Source: Emiliania huxleyi CCMP1516
Taxonomy: Eukaryota
Assembly (NCBI RefSeq): GCF_000372725.1
Contig: NW_005202428.1
Coordinates: 1,597,331 to 1,661,330 of the forward strand
DNA: 64,000 nt
Direction: 5' to 3'
The notes beneath the pieces were generated by a model. The model ran no database searches. It saw only the letters and a list, made by a program, of their open reading frames with translations, and had not been told where the DNA came from. The translations under genes and the position numbers were made by a program. This document shows, piece by piece, positions 32,759-44,140 of this stretch (within the stretch, counting starts at the first letter, position 1; each line of letters opens with the position of its first letter).

Positions 32759-33791
32759 GAGACTATGGAAAGTTCACGTCATGACGGTTAGCCGCTGTCA
32801 CGACGGTTAGCCGCTGTCATGACAGCTGCCAGCTGTCATACAGCAAACGACAGCGACAGTGACACCTACCTGTCACCAGCTGTCCAGCTGTCACCAGCTG
32901 TCACCAGCTGTCACCAGCTGTCGTTGCTGCTGTCGTTGCTGCTGTCGTTGCTGTCGTAACCATCCCCCGACTGGTCCAACTGTCACTGCTGCTGTAATTG
33001 CGCAGCTGACACATTCCTGCTGTCATTGCTGCTGTCATCGCTGTCGTTGCTGCTGCTGTGCTGTCATTGCTGCTGTCATTGCTGCTGTCATTGCTGCTGT
33101 CATTGCTGCTGTCATGAGCACCCCCGCAGGACAGTGTGTGGTGCCACTAACGAGAGAGACAGGACACTCAAGATATAGATGCATGCGCGCGAGACCGCTC
33201 ACTCGCACGCCCGACGCCACATGAGAAACCCTCTCAACAGTAGCCACGCACGGTCAGCAGCAGCGGGCGTGAGTCGGAGAATCTGCAAGACCCTTGCCCT
33301 CCTTCCTCCAGCATGTGCCGTGATGGGCTCCAGCGCTGGTTCATCTGCCGCTCAAAAATCTCACGCGAGCGAACGGTGTCAATCCTCAGAGCCGCGAGGA
33401 TTGGGACCTTGAAATCCACGATCACAAGGCTGGAGGAAGGCACGGCGCGCGTGGCTGGCGTTCACTGTGCGAGTCAAAGCGCACCGGCCACGGTGGCCAT
33501 TGCCGAGCCACAAGTGGCGTTGATCAGGAACTCTCATGTAGAGAGCTCTGCTCTGCTACAAGAAAGCAGGCTCACCCTACACAGAGAAATTCTGAGGCAG
33601 AGGAGCAGGAGTTTTGCAAAATGTGTGAGACGTACAAACGCTGCTGTGCATCAGGCGTTGAGAGCTACATCCACGCGCACCGGTGTCTTATTTTAGTCCA
33701 TGGGGTGTACTGCACAGATGGGTGGGTGGGCGGTTGGGCCCGTTCACGAGGGCTATGGCTGCCTCACGGCTGTGCCTGTGGCGCTGCCTCG

Positions 33792-33842
<51 letters not shown>

Positions 33843-34130
33843 TCACTCGCGGGGCCCCGCGCTGACATTGTCACCGCCTGTCGTTGGCATTCACTGGCTT
33901 CACTGTCACTGTCACTATGGCTGTCACTGTTCCTGGTGCCTTTCACTCCTCCTTGGCAGCTGGCTGTCACCAGCTGTCACCAGCTGTCACCAGCTGTCAC
34001 CAGCTGTCACCAGCTGTCGTTGCTGCCGTCGTTGCTGCTGTCGTTTCGCAGCCGCTGTCATGACATATTGACCACGTCATGACGGTTAACAGCCGTTTTA
34101 ACCGTCATGACGTGAACTTTCCATAGTCTC
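32759..34130. mobile_element. Non-autonomous TIR DNA transposon, 1372 bp, 3-bp TSD TGA (PIF/Harbinger-like)
   Basis: Perfect 32-bp TIR GAGACTATGGAAAGTTCACGTCATGACGGTTA at both ends, with TGA flanking both sides. Subterminal (CTGTCACCAG)n arrays. Confidence 0.88.
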
Positions 34131-34258
34131 TGATAATAAATTCTTTTCCTGTGTGCGAGCCTGTCGTGCGAGGGAGCAGGTCGTAAAATTCTTTGCTCGC
34201 GATGTCCCAGAGACTTTTCGTTAAGAGACTCTTAGTTGTTGAGATCGGAGATCCAGAC

Positions 34259-34490
34259 GTTTAGTCTCGGCAACACTCAGGATAGGGCTTAGGGGCCGCC
34301 ATGGCGGCGGCGGCGGCCCCTTGAGCCTTGTGGAGATGAGAGGCTGATAGCCAGAGCTGCTCAGCCTTGTGCCTTGTCCCGCCCGCGGGTACGAATTAGA
34401 GCACGAAGGGTACGTCGGTACAGTGTACACCGAGAGACTCTGCCCAGTCCTATCTGGGCACCAAAAAGTATAACAGAAAAAGAAATTGCG
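34259..34490 (+). repeat. Direct repeat, left copy; the right copy at 36813-37420 is interrupted by insertions
   Basis: Both copies share GTTTAGTCTCGGCAACACTCA and CCCGCGGGTACGAATTAGAGCACGAAGGGTACGTCGGTAC. Confidence 0.8.
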
Positions 34491-34844
34491 CTCGTCCTGG
34501 CGGCCGGCATCTAGGAAGCGGCCAACGCGAAGCGGTTGTTGGGCTTCTCAAAAGAATTTCCTCACAAGAAGAATGTCACATGTCGCGAGGACCTTCTTCT
34601 AAGGAAGCCGTCGTCTCGCTTATCGTGTGAGGCAGAAAATTCCCAGGCGCAAAAATTCTTTTCCTCGCGATGTCCTCCCCGCGCCGGCCTCTGCCTCTGC
34701 CGGTCGCATGGACAAGCGGGCCCTGTGACTTGTGGCCGCGCTCTTTGCACCCAAGAACCTTGAGCAAGGTTTGGTCGAGGGTGCCGCCGAACCCCCCCCC
34801 CCAATTTGTGGCCCAGTGTTCACACCGCCGCAATGTCTGCGCCG

Positions 34845-35125
34845 CGCCGCCACCACACAGGGATTTTTTGGAGAATAAATAAATAAATACAACGTACACG
34901 CCAAACGAGGGGTGGGAGAAGGACAGGGTCCCCACCTGCACGAGCAGGATCTTGTAAGGACGATCAGGGACACAGGGGAACGGGAGCGGGGAGCGCATCG
35001 CGACACGGAGGGGGGCTGGGCAGGGTTCACCCTCACGACAGGGTCCCAGGGATTCCTCTCTCGTATAGGACAGGTTGCACCCGGCGGCACGGGGGCAGGC
35101 GCGGGCCTCCTACTGGTTGCGCTCT
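34845..35125. repeat. Modular dispersed repeat; related copies at ~51160-51650 and ~59595-60095
   Basis: AAGGACGATCAGGG...GGGGAGCGCATCGCGAC is present in all three copies. Confidence 0.8.
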
Positions 35126-35182
35126 TTTTTGATTTTTTGGAGAGGGGTGCTCCTAGACCCGCTGAGATTTCTTTTTCTCGAG

Positions 35183-36616
35183 ATGTCCACCCAGCGGCGC
35201 CGCTCGCGCCGCCTCGCCTCCGCCTCCACCGCCGCTCCCTCGCCAGGCACGCCGCCGCCCACCCGCCTCCTCGACCTCCCCACGGAACTCCTCGCGCGCG
35301 CCCTCTCTCGCTGCGACCCCGCCGACATCGCTCGCGTCGCGGCCGTCTCGCTGCTCTTCCACGCCACGCTCGCGGCGGAGGGCATCCGCTTGTGGGCGCG
35401 AGAGCGCGGCTTCGAGCTGCTGACGCAGCCAGAGGGCGAGAGCTGCGTCGTGCGGTGGCTGTGCTATTCGGCGCTGCTGTGCGAGTCCAACCCGCCGGCG
35501 AGGGCGGCGGCAGGCAGTCAGCACAGCCTCTTCATCGACGGCGAGGGGCGGCTCTCGTCGTGCGGAAAGGCTGAGAGCTGGCTGCCGGGACTGCTCGGTC
35601 ATGGCGAGGGCGTGACGCAGCTCAACACGCCGACACGCCTCCCTTCCATGCTGGGCGGCGAGCGCGCCATGAGTGTGACGGCTGGAGCATTCCACAGCCT
35701 CGCCATCACCGGCAGCGGCGCTGTCTGGAGCTGGGGCTGTGGAGCCCATGGCCAGCTGGGCCACGGCGACGAGCAGAACCAGCTGCTGCCCAAGAAGATC
35801 GAGGCCTTTGCTGGCCAACGCGTCGTCGCTGTGTTGGCTGGAGGATACCACAGCCTCGCCCTCACCGCCGACGGAGCTGTCTGGAGCTGGGGCGGTGGAG
35901 GCTATGGCAGCCTGGGCCACGGCGACGAGCAGGAGCAGCTGCTGCCCAAGAAGGTCGAGGCCTTGGCTGGCCAGCGCGTCGTCGCTGTGTCAGAGGAATT
36001 TGGATACAGCCTCGCCATCACCGCCGACGGCGCCGTCTGGAGCTGGGGCCGTGGAACCTATGGCAGTCTGGGCCATGGCGACAAGCAGCGCCAGCTGCTG
36101 CCCAAGAAGATCGAGGCCTTGGCTGGCCAGCGTGTCGTCGCTGTGTCCGCTGGAGAGCTGCACAGCCTCGCCCTCACCGCCGACGGCGCCGTCTGGAGCT
36201 GGGGCAATGGAGCCGGTGGCCAGCTGGGCCACGGCGACGAGCAGCAGAGCCAGCTGCTGCCCAAGAAGATCGACGCCTTGGCTGGCCAGCGCGTCGTCGT
36301 CGTGTCGGCTGGAGGCGGGTACAGCCTCGCCATCACCGCCGACGGCGCCGTCTGGAGCTGGGCCAATGGAGACTTTGGCCAGCTGGGCCACGGCGACCTG
36401 GAGGAGCAGCTGCTTCCGAAGAAGATCGAGGCCTTTGCTGACCAGCGCGTCGTCGCTGTGTCGGCGGGGGCTGGAGGGCGGCACAGCCTCGCCATCTCCG
36501 CCGACGGCGCTGTCTGGAGCTGGGGCGAGGGCGGCCACGCCTGCCTAGGCCACGGAGAGGACCTGTCAAACCAGCTGTTGCCCAAGAAGGTCGAGGCGTG
36601 GGCGCCGGGGCAGTGA
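35183..36616 (+). CDS. F-box-like plus RCC1-repeat protein, intronless
   Basis: N-terminal LLDLPTELLARALSRC (F-box-like), then about seven ~52-aa repeats HSLAxTADGAVWSWG..G.LGHGD...LLPKKIE. Confidence 0.92.
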   Translation: MSTQRRRSRRLASASTAAPSPGTPPPTRLLDLPTELLARALSRCDPADIARVAAVSLLFHATLAAEGIRLWARERGFELLTQPEGESCVVRWLCYSALLCESNPPARAAAGSQHSLFIDGEGRLSSCGKAESWLPGLLGHGEGVTQLNTPTRLPSMLGGERAMSVTAGAFHSLAITGSGAVWSWGCGAHGQLGHGDEQNQLLPKKIEAFAGQRVVAVLAGGYHSLALTADGAVWSWGGGGYGSLGHGDEQEQLLPKKVEALAGQRVVAVSEEFGYSLAITADGAVWSWGRGTYGSLGHGDKQRQLLPKKIEALAGQRVVAVSAGELHSLALTADGAVWSWGNGAGGQLGHGDEQQSQLLPKKIDALAGQRVVVVSAGGGYSLAITADGAVWSWANGDFGQLGHGDLEEQLLPKKIEAFADQRVVAVSAGAGGRHSLAISADGAVWSWGEGGHACLGHGEDLSNQLLPKKVEAWAPGQ

Positions 36617-36887
36617 TGAGAAGGGAGGAATGGTGCAACGCGCTGTATGTTTCCGCGTCGCCCATGTGCCTGTTCGCCACCTGCGAACGTAACCCGAAAG
36701 TGGCGAGAGGCGAATCCGGGACGGACGAGGTTTATGATCGCGGGTCCAGCGCTCCAGCCCGACATGCGCCATATGGTGTACGAGATTACAAGTGTCTATA
36801 AAGTAGATTGAGGGTTTAGTCTCGGCAACACTCAAGAGATGGGCATACATGGCGGCCCCGGCCCTGTGGGCGCTGTGGGCTGTGGAG

Positions 36888-37221
36888 TAGAGAGAGATTT
36901 TTAGCAATACCAAACAACTCTAACACTCACACGTCATTTGGGGCCTGGAGTAGAGAGAGATTTTTAGAGAGAGAGATTTTTAGCAATACCAAACAAATCT
37001 AACACTCACACGTCATTTGGGGCCTGGAGCCCTGTTCACGCGCGCGCGAGACGTGCAGACAGGGTTGCCAGGTGAGAGCGAATGGCGCGGTTCACGCCTC
37101 GCACAACAGAGAGAGAGATGCGCTCTGCATGGTGGGACATAAAAGAAAGCGAGTACTTGGGCGAGTAGGCCGTGCGGTCGACGCTGCCGCGCGCGACTTG
37201 TTGTTGTTGATTTTTATGCTA
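36888..37221 (-). mobile_element. Short tandem 3' fragments of the CRE-like retrotransposon with a 6-bp TSD (GTGGAG)
   Basis: Matches 48470-48690. GTGGAG at 36882-36887 and 37222-37227; the site is uninterrupted in the left direct repeat. Confidence 0.8.
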
Positions 37222-37486
37222 GTGGAGATGATGAGAGGCTGATAGAGAGAGATTTTTAGAAGCCAACAAGAAATAGCCAGAGCTGCTCAGCCTTGTCCCG
37301 TCCCGCGGGTACGAATTAGAGCACGAAGGGTACGTCGGTACCCACAGTGTACACCGAGAGACCCTGCCCAGTCCTCTGCGTCAGATGGGCAGGTAAAAAG
37401 TAGACCACAGAAAAAACAAATCAGACCTCACATTCGCAACCATCCGACCGGCTCACAGCCAGCCGCCCGCACAGCTGCGCCCGCAA

Positions 37487-40400
37487 ATGCAGGCAGACCC
37501 CTCGATTGACGCCGCCGGCACCACCCTGGTCAGCGCATGCCGCGATGATGGCGCCACCATCGCCCGCTCTGCCCTCCGCTATGCTGGCGGAGCCGCCGTG
37601 CGAGCCGCAACTGGCTCGTGGCGCACCCCGCCGCCTCCGGCCGCAGTCATGAATGCCGCAATCACGACGAGCGAGGTGCGGTCGCATGAGGGTGACGCGC
37701 AGCCGTGGATGATGGTCGACGTCGCGCGGACTGATGCCGAGGCGCGCCTCTCCGCCCAGTGGGCCCTCAAGGCGTCGGCCTTTCGCACGCTGGAGCAAGC
37801 CGAGACCACGCGCCGCGAGCACTTCTCCGGCTGGTCGGCGGCGCAGGCGAGCACGCTGGCGGCGCTGCAGAAGCAGGCGGCCAAGGGGCGCGGGGAGCAG
37901 GCCGACTGCCTCTCCTTTCTGCAGCAGCGCGCCGCCGCGGACTTGGCGTACGCAGCCTCGTTCTCAAAGCACCGGCTCGGAGGCAAGAAGGCACTCTTCG
38001 AGTAGCAGCAGCAGTGGAGGTAGTAGGGAGACGAGTTATTAGGCACCGGCCCGGAGGCGAGATCGGTGCCGCTTGCGAGCCGGGCCGGTGGGCGAGCTTG
38101 CTGTGGCCCGGCGGCGGCGGCTGACGCCCCTCCTCGCGCCTCTGCTGCGAGCAGGTGTCTGAGCTGGCCGACCTCCGCGCGGCGGCGCTGCCGGGCGGCG
38201 CGGGATCCGGGTGCGCGCCGCTGTGCGACGCGGGCGGCTGCTCCGAGCTCGCGGCCGTCATGTCGGTGCTGGGCTGCATGCTGCACCACGCTGCGGAGAA
38301 GCTGACGCGCTTCGGCGACGGGCGGCCGGGCGTGGCCAACGAGCCGAGGATGCGTCCAGGACACGTCCACGGCACGACCCGCAGGCGAGAGCGGAGGCCT
38401 GGCCAAGGAGCTGAGCGCTTCGCTCGAGGCGTACGGCGCCGCCTCGGACGCCGCGTGCAAGGCCACCGCACTCCGCCGCCAGAGAGGCTTTGGGGCGGGC
38501 CGTGTGGAACTGGTCTCTTCACGCGTCTCGTCCGAAACAGGCCTTCACCTCTGACGTCGTCGAGGCGGCAGAGCTGCACGAGGAGGAGGCGCACACGACG
38601 TGTCCATGACACGTGCAGGACGCATGTCCCGCAGGCGGCCGCCAGGCTCGACGCCGCCTGCGCGGACGCCTTCGCTGCGCACCGGACGGCGTGGCACCAG
38701 GCGCAGCAGAATGCCTCTGCCGCGGCGGCCGGCGCAGACGGCGGCAAGGATCCTTGATTGCGCCGGCCGAGCGTCAGGCCTGCGCCGTGAACAGCGCCTC
38801 GTCACAGGTCAGCGGCGTGAGCAGGATTTGTGGCTGACCGAGTTTCACTACCGCGCCGCCGTCGCCGCCTTCTCCCGCCGCCTGTGGGCAGCGGCGCGAG
38901 GGGTGCAGCCGGGCTCTCGCGCGGCTCCAATCTCGGCCGATCTCGCGCCAATCACCTCGGGTGACCCTCCCCAGGTGCGGCAGATCCTCGAGCGGTTCCG
39001 CGCCGCCGAGCACGCGCGCGTGGCGACGCTTCACGGCCCCCTCCCCCCCCCAAACCCAAACCCAAACCCCTCCCCCAACCCCCCCCCCCCCCTGTCGTCC
39101 CGTCCTCGCCCGCACTTTGCGTACACCTCGGCGACCGCGACTCCCCCCCCCCGCAGGCTCGCTCCGCGTCTTCGTCTCGCTGCAGCAGCGTCTGTGGGCC
39201 GACGTCGCCGCGTCGACCACCGCGGTAGTCCCCCCTCCCCTCCCCCTCTCTTCAAGGAGCTGCTTCGTCGACCACGGAACAAGCGAGGCCTCGTGCCACT
39301 GCTAGGTGCACGCTCTCTTCAAGGAGCTACCCGCCTCGACGGGCGAGGCGTAGCCGAGATGCTGGCCGAGATGCAGCCGAGATGTGGCAGCCGCAGAGTT
39401 TGCGTGAGACGGTTGTGGCGAGGCGTGGTGCGAGCTCCTCTTCACCCCCCCCCCCTCCCCTCCCCCTCCCCGCCTCCCCCTCCCCTCCCCTCCCCTCCCC
39501 TCCCCTCCCCTCCTCCCCGCCTCCCCGCCCGCCAGGCCTCGCCGAGGACCCAAAGGCGATCGCGCTCGAGGCGCTGCTCTCGCCTGGCAGCGGCCACGAC
39601 GAGTACGCATCGCAGCCCGCGCTGCCGCCCTCGGCGCTCGTGCTCCACGAGGGCGCGCTCTCTCTTAGCGCTCTCTTACCAGCGCGCCGTCCACCCTCGG
39701 CTCGTCTCGGCTCGTCTCGGCTCATCTCGGCTCGTCTCGTGCACAGGCTCGCTCCTCTACCAGCGGGCCGTCCTCCGCACTTGGGCGTCCGCGCACGCCG
39801 TGCTCACGCGCGACGGGCGCCGTCCTCCCTCCCGCTCCGCCCAACCTCGGCCCAACCTCGGTGAGTCTCGCGTGGTTAGTTGGAGTCAGGTTCGTCCACT
39901 TGTTTGGCGGCTCCTCGCCCTCCTCCGCCGGCCCCTCCTCCCCTGCCGCCGCCGAGGACCTCAGGCCGGACCACCTCCTCTACTCGGTCCGCCTCGCCCC
40001 CGGCGCGGCGCCCTCGCTGCGTTGCGGAAAGACGCACACCATCGAGGTCGCCTCCCTGGTCTCCGGCCTCCTCGGCCGCGTCGGACTCGGCTCTGACCCA
40101 GCCGCGCCCGCCTCCTTGCCCGAGCCCTCCCCCCGACCCTTCTCGGAGCTACCCCGTAGGCGCCGAGCGAGCCGCGCCCGTCTCCTTCCGCGCCGCCGAC
40201 GCGGCGGAGGCGCAGGCGTGGATGGTCGCTCTCTCCAGCGCGACGTCACCCGGAGCGCAGCCGGCGTCGCCAGGTGGGATGGGTAGTGCGAGGGAGGCGC
40301 GAGGGGCGGAGGCGGCGGCGGCGCAGGCGGCGGCGGCGCAGGCGGCGGAGGCGGCGGCAGTGGCGCGGGCGGCACGGGTGGTGGAGGCGCAAGGCGTGGC

Positions 40401-40683
40401 CGGCGGCGGGGCGTCGGCAGCAGCGCAGGCCGACGCGGGCTCGGCGCCGGCGGTCGAGGCGTGGGCGTTTGGGGCGGCGCACGAGCCCGCCGCGGACACG
40501 GGCGTCGGGGTGAGGGCGAGCGCGGCGTTTGGGGGGAGGAGTGGCACGCGGGTTGGCGGCCAGGGGGGCGTGGCGAGGGACGAGGACGACGACGACGACG
40601 ACGAGGACGACGAGGACGACGAGGAGGGGGAGAGCGAGAGCGAGAGCGAGAGCGAGAGCGGGCTGCCAGATCTCTTTGAGTGA
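37487..40683 (+). CDS. Putative F-BAR/coiled-coil plus PH domain protein, multi-exon
   Basis: CLSFLQQRAAADLAYAASFSK (FCH-like). GSLLYQRAVLRTWASAHAVLTRDG-FVHLF and FRAADAAEAQAWMVAL (PH-like). Acidic tail. Confidence 0.55.
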
Positions 40684-41206
40684 TCTGACTTCTGAGCATC
40701 TGCACACGTCACGCGCGCATCAAAGTCGCTCTCAATGCGCGAGAGAGACGCGCGGTGCCGGTGCCGGCGCCGGTGCCGGCGCCGGTGCCGGCCGGTGGTG
40801 CGCGAGTGCGCGTGCGCGTGCGGCGTGGCGGACAAGAGACGAGAGAGAGGAGTGTGATAGCCGTGATAGATTTCGAAAATGTAAAATATATGCGCCGGCG
40901 TGATGGTCTTGAATCTGTGCTGAGCGAGCCGTGTTCTCGTGTTTTACTCTCACTGAGTGAAAGACAAAAATAAACGGTCATGTGAACACGAGGACGGCGG
41001 CCCTGGTGGCCTAGCACCAGTCTTTGGACTTTGCACTGGGGCGGGCATAAAAATCGCCGCCCACCCGTCAGGCCTCGATCCCATCCTCGAGGCAGCGTCG
41101 AGAGACTGCCGGCCAGGCCGCAGCGCTGCAAGATGAGCCCCCCCCCTGACGCGCTCTCCTGCCGACACGTGCATGTCCCAGCCCGAAGAGCGCCTGCGCA
41201 AGGACC

Positions 41207-42304
41207 CTAAGCCTTGACCTCCTCAGCCGGCGCCTCCGCCTTGTACGCGGGGGCGGCCTCCTCCTCCTCCGCCGCCGACGGCGCGTCGGCGGACGTCTCG
41301 GAGGCGTTCAGCGTGCTCTCCGAGGGCCGGCCGGGAAGGCACTGCGGCGTGGCGGGGATGATGCTGGAGAAGGCCTTGGAGAGCTTCTGGATCAGGCTCG
41401 GCTTCTCCTCCTCCGCCTCCGGTGCCACCTCGGGCGCCGCCTCCGCCTCCGCCTCCGCCACGGGTTCCGCCTCCGCTGCCTCCGCCGCGTCGTCAGCTGC
41501 GGGCGCATCGGCGGCCGAAGCGTCGGAGGCCGCCTTCTTGCGCGGAGAGAGGATCGAGGCCACCTTTCCGAGGTACGACTCCTTCTTCTCCGGCACCGCC
41601 GGCGCAGCCTCCACCGCAGCCTCCACCGCCTCGGCGGCGGCCTCCACCGGCACCTCGGTCGCCGCCTCCACCTCGGCCGCCTCGGTCGCCGCCTCCACCT
41701 CCTCCGCAGCCGCCTCGACGGGAACGCCAGCCACTTCGCCGTCGCCATCGAGGTCGCTGCCAACCTTGGTCTCGAGCTTGTCGATCGCGGTGTCGACGGC
41801 CCCCTCGGGCACCTCGGGCCGAGGCGAGAGGTAGCTCTTCACCTTGTCGAGGAACGAGGCGGTCTCCGGCTCGGGCTCCGGCGCCTCCTCGGCCGGCGCC
41901 TCCTCGGCCGACGCCTCCTCCTTCGGCGCCTCGTAGCCGCCCTCCGGCGCTGCCTCGGGCTCGACGGCGGGCTCTTTGGCGGCCGGCTCGGGCTCCACGC
42001 GACCCGAGAAGGACTTGACGTAGTCGGCCGCCTTTTGGAGAATGTTCTTGTCCTCGGCCGGCTCGACTGCGTCGGCCGCCTCGGCAGGTGCGTCGGCAGG
42101 CACCTCCTCGACGGGAGCGCCAGCCACTTCGCCGTCGCCGTCGAGGTCGCTGCCGACCTTGGTCTCGAGCTTGTCGATCGCGGTGTCGACCGCCCCCTCG
42201 GGCACCTCGGGCACCTCGGGCACCTCGGGCGCAGGAGCGGGCGCAGGGTCGTACGTGGGCTCGGCGACCGGCTGGTCTTTCGGAGTGGAGGAGCAAACAC
42301 CCAT
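41207..42304 (-). CDS. GPA: GPA, Glu/Pro/Ala-rich calcium-binding protein
   Basis: 365-aa intronless E/P/A-rich ORF with a duplicated 35-aa unit PEVPEGAVDTAIDKLETKVGSDLDGDGEVAGxPVE that contains an EF-hand-like loop (DLDGDGEV). This matches the described coccolithophore GPA as recalled; no alignment was run. Confidence 0.8.
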   Translation of the reverse strand: MGVCSSTPKDQPVAEPTYDPAPAPAPEVPEVPEVPEGAVDTAIDKLETKVGSDLDGDGEVAGAPVEEVPADAPAEAADAVEPAEDKNILQKAADYVKSFSGRVEPEPAAKEPAVEPEAAPEGGYEAPKEEASAEEAPAEEAPEPEPETASFLDKVKSYLSPRPEVPEGAVDTAIDKLETKVGSDLDGDGEVAGVPVEAAAEEVEAATEAAEVEAATEVPVEAAAEAVEAAVEAAPAVPEKKESYLGKVASILSPRKKAASDASAADAPAADDAAEAAEAEPVAEAEAEAAPEVAPEAEEEKPSLIQKLSKAFSSIIPATPQCLPGRPSESTLNASETSADAPSAAEEEEAAPAYKAEAPAEEVKA

Positions 42305-42427
42305 GGCTTCGGAGAGAGCGAGAGCCGCCTCTAGACTGAGAGCGCCTCCTTATCAGCTGGCTCCTTGCTTACGTCTTCCCGATCTTTTTCTTTTTCTCTT
42401 GTAAAATTCTTATTTAGGCCGCAATAA

Positions 42428-44140
42428 GGTGGGACATAAAAGAGAGCGAGTACCTGGGCGAGTACGGAGTAGGCCGTGCGGTCGACGCTGCCGCGCGCGA
42501 CTTTGCGCGCGAGGCGGCGCAGCTTGAGAACGGCGGTGGGCGAGAAGCCGCCGCCGAACGTCTCGTGGAGCAGCAGGTTGAAGTTGTTGCGCTTGACAAA
42601 GATCGCGTCGTGGTAGAAACCGCGATGCGCCTTGACGTAGCCGTGGCCGTTCTTGTGGTCGAAGGGTTGGCCGGGCTGCCCGCGCGCCTTGCAGCCCATG
42701 TTTAGGCGGCGGGCCTTCTCCTCGGTGCTGCCGAAGGCGTAGGAGTGGCCAACGGAGGGGGGCGTGCCGCCACTCGAGGCGTTGCCAGCGCCCGTCGAGG
42801 AGGTCTTGAGGAGGGGCGTCCAGAGCTTGACTTCATTCACCTCATCGCATCCTCCCGGCCCAGCGTGGGGTTCTGCGAGGTCGACCTTGTACCCCTCGTT
42901 GTACTGCCGGGTGAGCTCTGGTTTCTCCTTGTCACCGTGCACGACCGGCGCGTTGGCCGGGGCGCGCATCGCGTCTGCCCAGGCGGCGAGGACGCCGTCG
43001 TGGGGCCGCCGGTGGTGCCTTGTTGTAAAGGTAGTCGCCGAAGAAATCGACTGGCATGCCCCGCTCGAGCGCGACCCGAAGGGTGGGAAGCGCCACGGAG
43101 AGCCAAAGGCCAAGCTTCCGCGCTGGAGCTCGTCCTGGAGGGCGTCGGAGAGGGCGGTGGCGTACGTGCCGTCGACACGGACATCGAGGGCCTTGCCGGC
43201 GAAAGGCGTTGAGGCGGAGATGAGGCGCGCGGCTTCGCGGTTGTTGACGGCGCTGTCTCCGAGGGACGGGTTGTTCTTGACGTGCACACCCCGCGCCTTG
43301 ACGAGCTCCTGGTGCGCGAACCAGTCCTTGTGATTCTTGATGGCAGCGAGCGCCCGCGGCCGCGGGTACGTGGATTTGCAAGTGCCATTGAGAATCGCGT
43401 CGGTAGCTGGAGAAGGGACTCGGGCTCGGGGAGCGGGACGCTCTTGGGGTAAAACTCAGTCAGGTAGCCGCCGCGGACGGTGTGTAGTACGACCTTCGTA
43501 CTTGGTTTTGTCGCGGGCGGTGCGCTTTTCTCGCACACCTCCTTCCAGTCCGAGAGGGCGGACTCGTAGGTGGCGATAGCTGCGGCGATGGTGGGGTACT
43601 TGGACGCACCTCCCTCGTCGAGGGCGAAGTCGGGGTTGTGGGCGACGAGGGTGCGCCAGTTTTTGAGGAGCGACATGGAGAAGTCGCTTGTCGGCTCGCG
43701 AGAAGGCGGTGTCGATGTTGCACCCGCCCATCTCGGTCGGCAGCTGTGCCGGGAGCCACGCGAGGTCGCGGAGCGCCTGGGGCGAGGCGTCGGCGCGAGC
43801 AATGCTCTCAAAGGACTTGCGGATGCGGTTGTGCGCAAACTCGAGAGCCTCGCACGCGACATTGGGCGGCGTGATGCCGGCAATGTACTTGGTCTTTGCG
43901 CGCAGGCAATCCGTTGGACGAGGTTGAGGCGGAGCTGCGAGGTGTTCGTGACGCAGTCAGTGTCGACGATCGTGTCGATGACGTCGAGCGGCGCGAGCTC
44001 CTTCCTGAGGTGCGCGGTGAGCTCCTTTTTTTTTGCAGGCTTCAGGGTCGCCAAACAAACAAAGAAAGAAGGTGCCGACGGCCTTGAAGCAGTCCACTCG
44101 AACGGGGAGAAGGAGGTCGCGCTCTGCCGGCGCGAAGCAG
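42428..44140 (-). mobile_element. 5'-truncated, degenerate CRE-like (RLE-type) non-LTR retrotransposon
   Basis: Post-RT motif EMGGCNI, then DFFGDY...PHDGVL, VD...EVK and HETFGGGFSP..LRRLA. These match the restriction-like endonuclease C-terminus of CRE/SLACS-type elements. Frameshifted. Confidence 0.75.

Noticed and set aside
33110..33780. Possible transposase remnant inside the TIR element
   Set aside because: No DDE or other recognisable motif in any frame.
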